Source: Spirochaetota bacterium
GTDB lineage: Bacteria; Spirochaetota; UBA4802; JAFGDQ01
NCBI GenBank assembly: GCA_043803405.1
Contig: JAZDKB010000016.1
Location: 59,634-123,633 of the forward strand
Length of the DNA stretch: 64,000 nucleotides
Direction: 5' to 3'
Positions 21,515 through 31,144 of this stretch are shown here, piece by piece. Numbering within the stretch: position 1 is the stretch's first letter; every line of letters begins with the position of its first letter. The position numbers and the translations under genes are program-made. The notes beneath the pieces are model-generated. The model searched no databases. It worked only from the letters and a program-made list of their open reading frames with translations, and was not told where the DNA came from.

Positions 21515-24500
21515 TTACATTTCTTTTAATTTTTTCACCATCTTCTTCAGCGAATCAGCTTCAGAAAGGATTAATAATTTACCCAGTACCCTGTCGTCAT
21601 GGTAATAAAAATATGTATTCATTGAAAGAGCATAGTCACCGGTAATATTATTCTGGATAAGAATCGAATCAATTGTCGATTGAATATAATCATGTATAAT
21701 AGTCGGAATATCCGGCCTTATTGTCAGTTTAATCTTTTCTGACAGGATATTTATCATCGATGACCCTATAATATTAGTCACTTCCTTAAGGGCGGATTCA
21801 CCATCCTGATCTAGGTGTTTTGTTTTACCGGTTGATAGCCCGTAAAGCATATCAATTAATTCAAAACCCGATTGCTCGCTAAAACTAAACAGGACTGCAC
21901 CGTTAACATCTCCAAGAATCGGCATAAAAACACCAATGTAAACCGTATCAACTTCTCCAATAGTTTTAGCAATATTCTTAATGGGAATAATCTCTACTTC
22001 GGGAATTGAAAGAGAAACGCTTTTATCCAGAATTTTAGAAAGTGATTCAGCTGCGTTGGCAATGCCGACATTTGCTATTACATTAATTTTTTCTATATCT
22101 TCTTTCGCGATGTTCAGGGATTTTATTATATGATCTTCATCATCTATTTCTGTATTAGCTTTAATATTCTCTTCCAGTTCTTTTTTAAATCCGCTCAATG
22201 TATCTCTGACTTTTTGTTCTATTTGATCTTCTGTTAATTCGGCGTTACCGGACGAAGTGATAATATTTTTAGGTGATTTTTCATCTTTAATAAAAAGGAT
22301 ATCTTCAGTGATTTTCTGATCTTCTTCTTTCCTGGTAACTGCAGGAGTTTGCTTTTCCTTTACCGGTTCAGTATATACATTCTCTTTCACCGAAACGGAT
22401 TTTGTTTGTTTTTCTGAAAGGTTATCTGATTTAATTTTCTTTTCTTTAACTTCTTCGTACTGCTCTTCTAATGATGAGAAATTTTCCTGTGATTCATTTG
22501 ATCTGGCTGATTTTTTTTGTCTAATAGATTTTTCTTCATCGGAGATAACCTTGTTAATCATTGACGCGATATCCAGAATAAGACAAATACTCCCGTCTCC
22601 CAGAATTGAAGCGCCGGACAGACCGTCAATATTTGTATAGTTTTCTTCCAGTGATTTTATTACTATTTCCTGTTTGCCTTCAAGACTGTCAACGATTACG
22701 CCGATCTTTCTGTTTCCATATCCGACAATTACTACAGGTATCTTCATCTCACTTGTAAGTGAACTCTTTATTCCGATAAATTCATTTAATCGAAGCAGAG
22801 ACAGTATTTCTCCTCTCAGGTTAACAACTTCTCTGCCTTCAATCGTTGTAATATCCGATTCAGTAATTTTTATTGTTTCTATAACATCCGGTAATGGTAT
22901 TGAATACATTTCATTTTGAACTTTAATCATAATTGCAGGAATAATTGCTAACGTAAGAGGGAATGAGAGAACAAAATTTGTGCCCATCCCGGGTTCTGTT
23001 TCTATTCTGACACTTCCGTTTAATTCGCTTACTGTTTCCTTTACAACATTCATTCCTACTCCACGTCCGGATATATCGGTTATTACATCTGCTGTCGAAA
23101 ACCCGGGCCGGAAAATAAATTCGACAATATCATCTTCGTCCATATTGCTCAGCATATCCGGGGTAACCAGTCCGCCTTTAAGTGCTTTCTTTTTAATCTT
23201 TTCAATATCAAGTCCTCTGCCGTCGTCTCCGATTTCAACGAATATCTGATTGCCACCCTGATATGCATTAATCGTAACAGCCGCCTCCTCAGGTTTGCCC
23301 AGTCTTCTTCTCTCTTCAGGTGTCTCAACTCCGTGGTCGATACAGTTCCTTAGCAGGTGGAGTAATGGTTCTCCGATAACATCTATAACTTTTTTATCAA
23401 GCTCCGTATCTTCTCCTTTTATGACAAAATTTATTTTTTTATTGAATTCCTTGGCAAGATCCCTGACCGGCCTGTTGAATCTGGATAAGACCTGGCCGAT
23501 CGGAACCATTCTTGTTTTCATGATCCCGCTTTGCAGATCCTTTGCTATCCTGGACATTTGGTCCATTCTGTTTTTAAATTCGCCAATAATAGATTTGTCT
23601 ATATTGCTTTTCTTTATTTCATCAAATAACCTGATAAACCCTGAATTTGCGATAACCAGTTCGCCTACTGTATTAAGGAGAAGATCAAGCTTATCAACGG
23701 ATACCTTAACGATTTTTAAACTGACTGCCTTTTTATCGTCTTTCCTTCTGCCGAACGAAATATCCTCATGTTCATCGGATTCGGATTCCTCCTCATGCTT
23801 GGAGGTCTCTTTTTTAGGAACATCTTTTTTGGTTTCTTCAACCTGCTTGGGTTTTACTTCCTCGGTTTTTTCCTCGAAAAGAATTTCTTTTTCGTGTATT
23901 TTCAAACCGGCCTTATTATCTTTTGTTGAAAGACTTATTTTTCTTAATTCAACTTTATTCACCAGATCTATTTCACAGGCGCTGCTTATTTGCTCTACCG
24001 GATGATCCGACAACAGGACAATTCTAAAAACATTATCTTTCCAGTCTTTTGAAATATCGCTCATGGACGGAATTGTTTTTAAAACCTCGCCCAGCTGTTC
24101 AAGATTATTATTTATTAATTGAGCTTTTATCCATTTCATTTGAGCATAGGGATCGATGTAAATATCCAGTTCGCAGCAAAATTTTCCTTCCTTAAGCCCG
24201 TTGATGATGCTTTTCATTTCACTCTGCGAATACTGGATTTTTATTGCAGATTCTTTTTTGCTGCTTTCTTCTTTTATTTCTTTCTGTTCATTTTCCTTTT
24301 TTGCGGGTTTTTGCGCTGGGGACTGCGGAGAAGATTTTGTATTTTCACTGATATTTTTTATCTTTTCAATCGTCGCGCTCAAATCCTGTTTTGGTTCCTC
24401 TCCTCTGGACACTGAGCTTATAATAGAATTAATGAGATCAAAGCATTGGAAAAGTACTTCGATTATTTCCGGGGTTATAGCCATTGTCTTGTCGCGTATT

Positions 24501-24730
24501 CCCTGAAGTAAATTTTCCATATGATGAGCCAGATCGCTGAGATCGTTTAAGCCTACAAAAGCTGCGGAACTTTTAAGAGAATGCGCTGTTCTGAAAATAC
24601 TGTTAATTGTGTCTATTTCAACATCATCAGGATTCTTCTCAAGCTGTAAAAGGCATTGATTCAATTCCTGAAGCTGTTCATCAGCTTCTTCTAAAAATAT
24701 ATCCTGATATTCACCAATAGTAAATGCCAT
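21515..24730 (-). CDS. cheA: Chemotaxis kinase CheA with C-terminal CheC-like phosphatase domain
   Basis: HPt FRTAHSLKS, P2, dimerisation, HATPase (RNCIDHG, DDGRG, GRGVGM), CheW domain, charged linker, then CheC-like NVGIANAAESLS...ESALKEVTNII. Confidence 0.95.
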   Translation of the reverse strand: MAFTIGEYQDIFLEEADEQLQELNQCLLQLEKNPDDVEIDTINSIFRTAHSLKSSAAFVGLNDLSDLAHHMENLLQGIRDKTMAITPEIIEVLFQCFDLINSIISSVSRGEEPKQDLSATIEKIKNISENTKSSPQSPAQKPAKKENEQKEIKEESSKKESAIKIQYSQSEMKSIINGLKEGKFCCELDIYIDPYAQMKWIKAQLINNNLEQLGEVLKTIPSMSDISKDWKDNVFRIVLLSDHPVEQISSACEIDLVNKVELRKISLSTKDNKAGLKIHEKEILFEEKTEEVKPKQVEETKKDVPKKETSKHEEESESDEHEDISFGRRKDDKKAVSLKIVKVSVDKLDLLLNTVGELVIANSGFIRLFDEIKKSNIDKSIIGEFKNRMDQMSRIAKDLQSGIMKTRMVPIGQVLSRFNRPVRDLAKEFNKKINFVIKGEDTELDKKVIDVIGEPLLHLLRNCIDHGVETPEERRRLGKPEEAAVTINAYQGGNQIFVEIGDDGRGLDIEKIKKKALKGGLVTPDMLSNMDEDDIVEFIFRPGFSTADVITDISGRGVGMNVVKETVSELNGSVRIETEPGMGTNFVLSFPLTLAIIPAIMIKVQNEMYSIPLPDVIETIKITESDITTIEGREVVNLRGEILSLLRLNEFIGIKSSLTSEMKIPVVIVGYGNRKIGVIVDSLEGKQEIVIKSLEENYTNIDGLSGASILGDGSICLILDIASMINKVISDEEKSIRQKKSARSNESQENFSSLEEQYEEVKEKKIKSDNLSEKQTKSVSVKENVYTEPVKEKQTPAVTRKEEDQKITEDILFIKDEKSPKNIITSSGNAELTEDQIEQKVRDTLSGFKKELEENIKANTEIDDEDHIIKSLNIAKEDIEKINVIANVGIANAAESLSKILDKSVSLSIPEVEIIPIKNIAKTIGEVDTVYIGVFMPILGDVNGAVLFSFSEQSGFELIDMLYGLSTGKTKHLDQDGESALKEVTNIIGSSMINILSEKIKLTIRPDIPTIIHDYIQSTIDSILIQNNITGDYALSMNTYFYYHDDRVLGKLLILSEADSLKKMVKKLKEM

Positions 24731-24775
24731 TTTTTTTCTCTCCGGTGTTATAATAACTTCATATATTAATTGATT

Positions 24776-25297
24776 TTACTCATTCTTCTCATCAGGGAAT
24801 AAAATATTATCAAGTTTCAATATTACTATCAACCTGTCCTTCATCCTTCCTACGCTTTGAATAAATTCAGCAGATACCCCTTCAATCATCTCAGATGCCG
24901 GATTAATGTCTTTTAACGGGATTCTGAATACTTGAAAAACATTATCAACCAGTAAACCTACAAGCCTCCCATTAATACCAACAACAATTATTCTCGATTC
25001 ATCAGTAATTTTACTTTCTTTATATCCGAACCTGATCCTCACATTGACAACCGGTATCACATTGCCTCTTAAATTAATTACTCCTTTAATAAACGGCGGA
25101 GTATTGGGCAGTCTCGTAACATCAATAATTTTCAGTATTTCATGGATTTGAAGAATATTTATTCCGTATTCGACATCATTTAATAAAGAAAAACTTACTA
25201 CCTGGATCATTTTATCATCGGAAATAAAATCTTCATTCTGTGCATTTTCTTCCGATTCGTCAATCCCCGCAACCTCAGTAAGTTCTTTGTTGTTCAT
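24776..25297 (-). CDS. cheW: CheW (cluster 1)
   Basis: TRLPNTPPFIKGVINLRGNVIPV, GLLVD. Confidence 0.95.
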   Translation of the reverse strand: MNNKELTEVAGIDESEENAQNEDFISDDKMIQVVSFSLLNDVEYGINILQIHEILKIIDVTRLPNTPPFIKGVINLRGNVIPVVNVRIRFGYKESKITDESRIIVVGINGRLVGLLVDNVFQVFRIPLKDINPASEMIEGVSAEFIQSVGRMKDRLIVILKLDNILFPDEKNE

Positions 25298-25617
25298 ATA
25301 TCGCCTGACCCTGCTAAATTATTTTTAAAATTTATATTTTTATTAATTTTTTTAATTGATTATACTTTTATTTTCGTCATTATTTAAAAACAACTTACTT
25401 TAAATTAAAATAATTGCAGATTGAATTCTGATTGATTTTATTATATTTATGCAAGAAAAATATTATCGGATTAATAATAACTATGTTTATTCAGCACTGT
25501 AAAATATAAAAACCAATGCTTTATGTTTTGTTATTATATAATATTTATTCAGACATTTCAAGTATTTTAAATTATTTTAGTATCGATACGAGAATCACCT
25601 ATCCTTAGAGGCTGCAC

Positions 25618-26163
25618 ATGAAGGCAAAAAACATTCCGTCAGTAGAGGAGTGCTATGAAATAATGAAAAAACGCATGCTTCCTCACATTAAAGAACATTC
25701 GGAGCAGGTTATGAAGGTTGCAGTATCAATAACAGATCATCTTAAACCGAATGTAATTATTAATAAAAGTCTTGTTATTGCAGCTTCTCTACTTCACGAT
25801 ATTACAAAAACCGAGTCCTTAACGACCAGGGAACCGCATGACATTACCGGGGGTATATTTTTAAGAGAACTAGGTTATTATGATGTAGCCGATATTGTTG
25901 AAGAACATGTTCATTTAAAAAACTATGATATAAATGAAAATTTAAAAGAAAAAGAGATCGTGTTTTATGCTGATAAAAGAGTTATGCATACTAAAATAGT
26001 TTCTGTTGAGGATAGAATATCGGACTTGGTAATCAGGTATGGGAAGTCAGAACTCATTAAAAAGCATATAATAGAAAATAAAAATTCAATTTTAAATATT
26101 GAGAAAAAAATAAATAATAATATGCTGAAGGATTTAAACGATGTGATTCTCTGTTTAAAATGA
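25618..26163 (+). CDS. HD-domain phosphohydrolase
   Basis: HSEQV...LLHDITK...H...YADKR. Confidence 0.88.
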   Translation: MKAKNIPSVEECYEIMKKRMLPHIKEHSEQVMKVAVSITDHLKPNVIINKSLVIAASLLHDITKTESLTTREPHDITGGIFLRELGYYDVADIVEEHVHLKNYDINENLKEKEIVFYADKRVMHTKIVSVEDRISDLVIRYGKSELIKKHIIENKNSILNIEKKINNNMLKDLNDVILCLK

Positions 26164-26215
26164 TCTTAAATACAGTCTGCTGCAGCTAAACCTGCAACGT
26201 GCGCACGCTACTCAA

Positions 26216-26542
26216 TTAATATTTCTTTCTTTCCTTATTGTGTCCAAGCCTGTTCATTATATATACTGCAATGTATCCGCCAATGAGACCGGCTATTATG
26301 TTGACTCCGGTATCGTAAACAAGAAAACTTAAAGCTTTAATGGCAATTTCAAGAAACAGTTTATCCAAAACAAACCCGCCTATCAGAGCTCCTATAACTC
26401 CGACAACCAACCCGCCTATATATCCGCCGAACAGGTCTTTTCTTTTAATATTATAAAAAATCCAGGAGACAAATGCTCCCAGGGCTAAATAGATCGCAAT
26501 TGCAACAAGTTTCATTAAAAAGCTTAATAGTTCATCTGACAT
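26216..26542 (-). CDS. Small Gly-rich membrane protein (GlsB/YeaQ/YmgE-like)
   Basis: Three hydrophobic helices, GLVVGVIGALIGG; start moved to MSDELL (SD GAGG). Confidence 0.7.
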   Translation of the reverse strand: MSDELLSFLMKLVAIAIYLALGAFVSWIFYNIKRKDLFGGYIGGLVVGVIGALIGGFVLDKLFLEIAIKALSFLVYDTGVNIIAGLIGGYIAVYIMNRLGHNKERKKY

Positions 26543-26569
26543 ATTGACCTCTTGACGAAAAGTAGTTAC

Positions 26570-26592
26570 TAACATCTTAAAAAAAGATGTTA
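26570..26592. promoter_or_regulatory. Perfect dyad TAACATCTT-N5-AAGATGTTA (candidate operator)
   Basis: 9-bp arms immediately inside a minus-strand TTGACA (26595-26600) upstream of the membrane-protein gene. Confidence 0.4.
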
Positions 26593-26666
26593 AATGTCAA
26601 TTATTTATTCATAATGCACATCAAAACCTAATACTTTACAGAAATCCGCAACAACAATATTCAAAC

Positions 26667-26707
26667 AAAAAAAGCTTTTACAGGAGCGCTGACTGTAAAA
26701 GCCTTTT
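26667..26707 (-). terminator. Intrinsic terminator (possibly bidirectional)
   Basis: Stem gcttttacag/ctgtaaaagc (26674-26683/26693-26702); 7-U tract on minus strand, cTTTT on plus. Confidence 0.65.
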
Positions 26708-26879
26708 ATTATAGTCATCTCTATTAAGGAATATAATAATTATCAATTATTTATTTAATCGGATCATCCGTAAAAAGCATTAACTTTTTTATTTCAATAT
26801 TTTGAAACAAAATAGCCTGCTGACGCCAAGGCCGAAGCAGGTACAACAGCAAAAGGTGCTTGCCATGAGGAATTTTATT

Positions 26880-26908
26880 TTGACTTTTTTTGAAAATCCC
26901 TATATAAT
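26880..26908 (+). promoter_or_regulatory. Sigma70-type promoter
   Basis: TTGACT-17 bp-TATAAT, 40 nt upstream of ATG 26949. Confidence 0.7.
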
Positions 26909-26948
26909 AAATTTTTTAATCAGAAATGAATTTAATTGAGCAGAGGAT

Positions 26949-28199
26949 ATGATAAAAAAAGAAATACTATTCGTTGAAGACAGCAAAGCTCAGGCAAAAG
27001 CAATTATTGACTCATTAAGGGAAAAAGATTTTAATGTTGATTATGCGGAGAACGGACAGGAAGCGCTCTTAAAATATGAAAAAAATCAATACCCTATTGT
27101 AGTAACCGATCTTGAGATGCCTGTAATGAACGGCGAAGAATTGATTAAGCAGCTCGACGCATACCAGTTCCCGCCTATTATATTTGTACAGACTGCCCAT
27201 TATGAACCGGAATATATTGTTAAGATAATGAAAAATCCTGTATATGATTATCTTAAAAAACCTCTACGGATAGATGATCTTGTCATCAAATTAAATAATG
27301 CATTTGAGCTGGCTGATTTAAGAAAGACAAAAATAATGATTGAGCAGGAAAAAGTCATTAAACTTGAAAATCAGCTTACATGGTATAAGTGGAAAGAAAA
27401 AGCAAACAGCTCCATAAGCGTCGGAAAAGGAAAAACTATTTTTGACGATATGCAAAGAGCTTTTAATCAGGGTATTGGAACCGGAGCGCTCGTAACATGT
27501 CTTGAATTGCTGACATCCGGAATAGCAAAAAATGAAAACGGTTACGTGATACAGGCCGACATTTTTGAATTCGTTGTAGATACTCTAAAGAACGTCAAAC
27601 GCGCAATGGAAATGATGACCGAGATCAATGAAATTCAGTCATCCGCGCCTGTTAAAAAGGAACTTTCGTTCAGAGAATATTATGATTTTATTGCGGGACT
27701 AATTGAGCAATGCAGGGAATTTGAGCGAATAAAAAAGAATAAAATAATACTGAATGATTTTGATCTGGATCATGCGCAATCGGTTTCCATAGATACTGCC
27801 CAGGTCGGGAAAGCTTTAAAAGAGCTTATTATGAATGCCCTTAAATATTCCATAAAAGGATCATCTGTTTATGTTATACTTAAATTTTTAAACGATGCTA
27901 TCGTTGTTTACATTCTGAATGAACCGGTTGCGGACAGTGAAGGCAGGAAAGGAATCCCAATAGGTTATGAGTCTATAATTTTTGATCCGTTCTTTAGACT
28001 TAATAAATCGGTTCAGGAAGATTATAAAACACTCGACTACGGGCTGGGACTTACTCTTGTGGAAAATATAACAGTGAAACATGGCGGCAGCATTGAGCTT
28101 TCAAACATAAAAGATTATTCGGATATTGCGAAGGGAGACTGTGAAAAGGTTATGGCGACCTTAAGGCTGCCGATTGCGGGAAACAAACAAGCGTCATAA
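26949..28199 (+). CDS. REC + HATPase_c hybrid signalling protein without a recognisable H-box
   Basis: REC (VEDS, TDLEMP, KKP); N box ELIMNALKYS, F box IFDPFFR, G2 GLGL. Confidence 0.85.
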   Translation: MIKKEILFVEDSKAQAKAIIDSLREKDFNVDYAENGQEALLKYEKNQYPIVVTDLEMPVMNGEELIKQLDAYQFPPIIFVQTAHYEPEYIVKIMKNPVYDYLKKPLRIDDLVIKLNNAFELADLRKTKIMIEQEKVIKLENQLTWYKWKEKANSSISVGKGKTIFDDMQRAFNQGIGTGALVTCLELLTSGIAKNENGYVIQADIFEFVVDTLKNVKRAMEMMTEINEIQSSAPVKKELSFREYYDFIAGLIEQCREFERIKKNKIILNDFDLDHAQSVSIDTAQVGKALKELIMNALKYSIKGSSVYVILKFLNDAIVVYILNEPVADSEGRKGIPIGYESIIFDPFFRLNKSVQEDYKTLDYGLGLTLVENITVKHGGSIELSNIKDYSDIAKGDCEKVMATLRLPIAGNKQAS

Positions 28200-28211
28200 A
28201 AAAATTTAAAC

Positions 28212-28240
28212 TTGCTTTTTTATTTATTTTGTTTTATCAT
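28212..28240 (+). promoter_or_regulatory. Candidate sigma70 promoter of che cluster 2
   Basis: TTGCTT-17 bp-TATCAT. Confidence 0.45.
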
Positions 28241-28423
28241 AAAAGAACGCAAATGCATTTAAATACAATATAAAAAAGGAGGTTTAAGAAATTAAATGTA
28301 ACCCGGATAGAATGAAATAATCCTGCCAAATGACAGTTAATTATATTATAATAATTTATATACAAAAATATTTAAATGTTGGTCTATTGTGTTTCAAGTT
28401 TAGCATTCAAAGGACAATTGACA

Positions 28424-28786
28424 ATGAAAGGCAACATTCTTGTAGTTGACGATTCAAATGCAATAAGAAAGGCAATCCGCTTTATCCTGGAGAAAGAAGG
28501 ATTTACCGTAACTGAAGCTTCTAATGGCGTAGATTGTCTTGAGAAAATCAACCCCGAAATAAACCTCGTTATCAGCGATATAAATATGCCGGAAATGGAC
28601 GGCATTGAGCTGCTTAAAAGAATACGGGAATCAGGCCAGTATAAATTCATACCTCTGATTATTCTGACTACAGTAGCACAGGAAGAAATGAAACAAAAAG
28701 GAAAGGAAATGGGAGCTACTGCATGGCTGATAAAACCGTTCAAACCAGAGGAACTTCTTAATATCATAAAAAAGGTTGTTGGATAA
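28424..28786 (+). CDS. cheY: CheY-like response regulator (cluster 2)
   Basis: ILVVDDS, SDINMP, GATAWLIKPF; start moved to MKGN after SD AAGGA. Confidence 0.9.
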   Translation: MKGNILVVDDSNAIRKAIRFILEKEGFTVTEASNGVDCLEKINPEINLVISDINMPEMDGIELLKRIRESGQYKFIPLIILTTVAQEEMKQKGKEMGATAWLIKPFKPEELLNIIKKVVG

Positions 28787-28801
28787 TTCTAAATATAAGG
28801 A

Positions 28802-29155
28802 ATGATTCTAATGGCAAATATACACTGTAAATTGCATAATGATGCAATATATATGCGTTTTACCGGAAGAATGACCATAGAAAACGCCTCCAGAATTAAA
28901 AAAAGTCTTTTGCTGCTTTACGACAGGAAGGCTGCCGCATATTATGCCGACTTTTTACAGATATCGGAAATTGACATCACTTTTCTTCAACTGCTTTTGG
29001 CTTTTAATATAAAAGTAAAAACCATTAATTCACAATTATTTATTTTAAAAAATAAAATCGGGGAACAAGTATCAAATGATTTAAAAATACTGGGCATCGA
29101 TATTATAACTCACTTTTCCATTTCGGAAGGTAATAATGAATTTTCAGGAAAATAA
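28802..29155 (+). CDS. STAS domain protein of chemosensory cluster
   Basis: FTGRMTIEN...ISEIDITFLQLL; lies between cheY and cheA. Confidence 0.75.
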   Translation: MILMANIHCKLHNDAIYMRFTGRMTIENASRIKKSLLLLYDRKAAAYYADFLQISEIDITFLQLLLAFNIKVKTINSQLFILKNKIGEQVSNDLKILGIDIITHFSISEGNNEFSGK

Positions 29156-31121
29156 TGAACTGAGTCAGGCGTTTATTGAAGAAATGAATGATCTTTTGGC
29201 TGAGATCGAAAACTCCCTGATGCAGATGCAAAACGGTACAGAAAACCCGGATTTAATTGCTAAAGTATTCAGGTCTCTTCATACAATTAAAGGCTCTTCG
29301 GGTATGTTTGGTTATTCCGAGATATCTTCTTTTGTGCATGATCTTGAAACTACATTCGATAAGATCCGTCAGGGAAAACAAACAATCAGCAGAGAAATTA
29401 TTAATCTTACGTTAAAGGCACAGGATTGCATTAAAAGTCTTCTGGCACGAAGTGACAATGCTGAGGAAAAAAGCAAACGCGAAGCTATATTAAGCGAATT
29501 AAAAAAGATAAAAGATGATTCCAGCGAACAAAAAGAAGAATCTCCTGATGAAGAATCATCGTCTACCATGCCTGCAACTCAACCGGCTGTATCGGCAAGC
29601 CCGGCAGGGATTGAAACATACAGGATTACATTCAGGCCATCAAAGGAAATTTTTTTAAGAGGAGTAAAGCTGCGTCCGATTTTTCGTGAACTGGCCAGCC
29701 TCGGCACTCTGACGCTCACTGCAAAAGCATACGAGCTCCCGACACTTGATGAAATCAATACCGAGTACTGCTACATGGAATGGGAAGCAAATTTGACAAC
29801 AGATAAGGGAATCGGCGCTATTAAAAACGTTTTTGTTTTTGTTTATGATTATGCCAAGATAGAAATTTCGAAGACCAGCGTCAATGAACAATCAAATGGT
29901 GATACAAACGTCAAGCATCCTGCTGTACTTCTTGAGAGAAGAAAAACTGATTTTTCATCCATACGAGTTAAGAATGAAAAGCTGGATCAGCTTGTCAATC
30001 TTGTAGGAGAAATCGTAACTCTCAACGCGCGGCTTAATCAGGAATCCATTCATTCGCGAATTCCGGAATTCATTTCCATCTCCCAAAGCTTCGACAGGCT
30101 GACAGCAGAGCTGCGCGATAATACTATGAGTATGCGTATGGTTCCGCTGGCCGAGCTATTCAACAGCTATAACAGGCTGATTTTTGACCTTACAAGTAAG
30201 CTTAATAAAAATATAAAATTGCAGATAAACGGCGGAGAAACTGAGCTGGACAAAAACATGATCGAGGAATTAAGAGATCCTTTAATGCATCTTATAAGGA
30301 ATTCAGCAGATCATGGAATAGAGTCGATCGCGGACAGAACAGCGTCCGGCAAACCGGAAACAGGCACAATTACTCTGAGCGCCGAATATTCCGGATCGAA
30401 TGTGCTTATAACAATTTCGGATGATGGAGCAGGCCTAAATAAAGAAAGGATTCTGGCTAAAGCAGTTGAAGCAGGTTTGCTGGATTCATCTGAAAAAGAT
30501 GAGAACGTAATATTCAGTAAAATATTTGAGCCCGGATTTTCAACTGCTGAAAAAACAACGGACATATCCGGACGTGGTGTAGGATTGGACGTAGTCAAAC
30601 GCAATATTGAGAAACTGAGAGGTTCTATCAATATAAAGTCACGTCGGAACGAAGGCACATCGATTCTGCTGACGATTCCACTTACACTTGCAATCATAGA
30701 CGGATTTATGTTCGAGATAGCAGATAATCTTTTTATCTTTAACCTTGCAAATGTGCTTGAATGTCTTGATTATGATAAATCCGACGGGGAAATTACTACC
30801 GGTCAGTTTACCATAAGCCTGAGAGGAGAAATGATCTCCTGTCTCGATCTTAAGAAAGTTCTGGGCATGGAATCCGGCAAATGCGAGTTGGCGCAGGTAG
30901 TGATTACGGATATAGGAGGAGAAAGAATAGGTTTCCTGGTAGATCGTTTGGTTGGAAAATACCAGACTGTAATTAAACCAATCGCCAAATCGGTTAACAT
31001 AAAAGATATTATAGTCGGCGCTACCATTCTGGGCAACGGATCTATAGCCTTTGTGCTGGATATTAATAGGGTTATCACCTATGCACTTGAAAACAGTATG
31101 AATAGCTTATATAAAATATAA
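29136..31121 (+). CDS. cheA: Chemotaxis kinase CheA (cluster 2)
   Basis: FRSLHTIKG, RNSADHG, DDGAG, GRGVGL, CheW domain. Confidence 0.97.
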   Translation: MNFQENNELSQAFIEEMNDLLAEIENSLMQMQNGTENPDLIAKVFRSLHTIKGSSGMFGYSEISSFVHDLETTFDKIRQGKQTISREIINLTLKAQDCIKSLLARSDNAEEKSKREAILSELKKIKDDSSEQKEESPDEESSSTMPATQPAVSASPAGIETYRITFRPSKEIFLRGVKLRPIFRELASLGTLTLTAKAYELPTLDEINTEYCYMEWEANLTTDKGIGAIKNVFVFVYDYAKIEISKTSVNEQSNGDTNVKHPAVLLERRKTDFSSIRVKNEKLDQLVNLVGEIVTLNARLNQESIHSRIPEFISISQSFDRLTAELRDNTMSMRMVPLAELFNSYNRLIFDLTSKLNKNIKLQINGGETELDKNMIEELRDPLMHLIRNSADHGIESIADRTASGKPETGTITLSAEYSGSNVLITISDDGAGLNKERILAKAVEAGLLDSSEKDENVIFSKIFEPGFSTAEKTTDISGRGVGLDVVKRNIEKLRGSINIKSRRNEGTSILLTIPLTLAIIDGFMFEIADNLFIFNLANVLECLDYDKSDGEITTGQFTISLRGEMISCLDLKKVLGMESGKCELAQVVITDIGGERIGFLVDRLVGKYQTVIKPIAKSVNIKDIIVGATILGNGSIAFVLDINRVITYALENSMNSLYKI

Positions 31122-31144
31122 TTTCTTAGATAAGGAGAAACAAA

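Noticed and set aside
26789..26866. 25-aa Cys-rich minus-strand ORF MASTFCCCTCFGLG...
   Set aside because: No SD, and it overlaps a hairpin; likely spurious.
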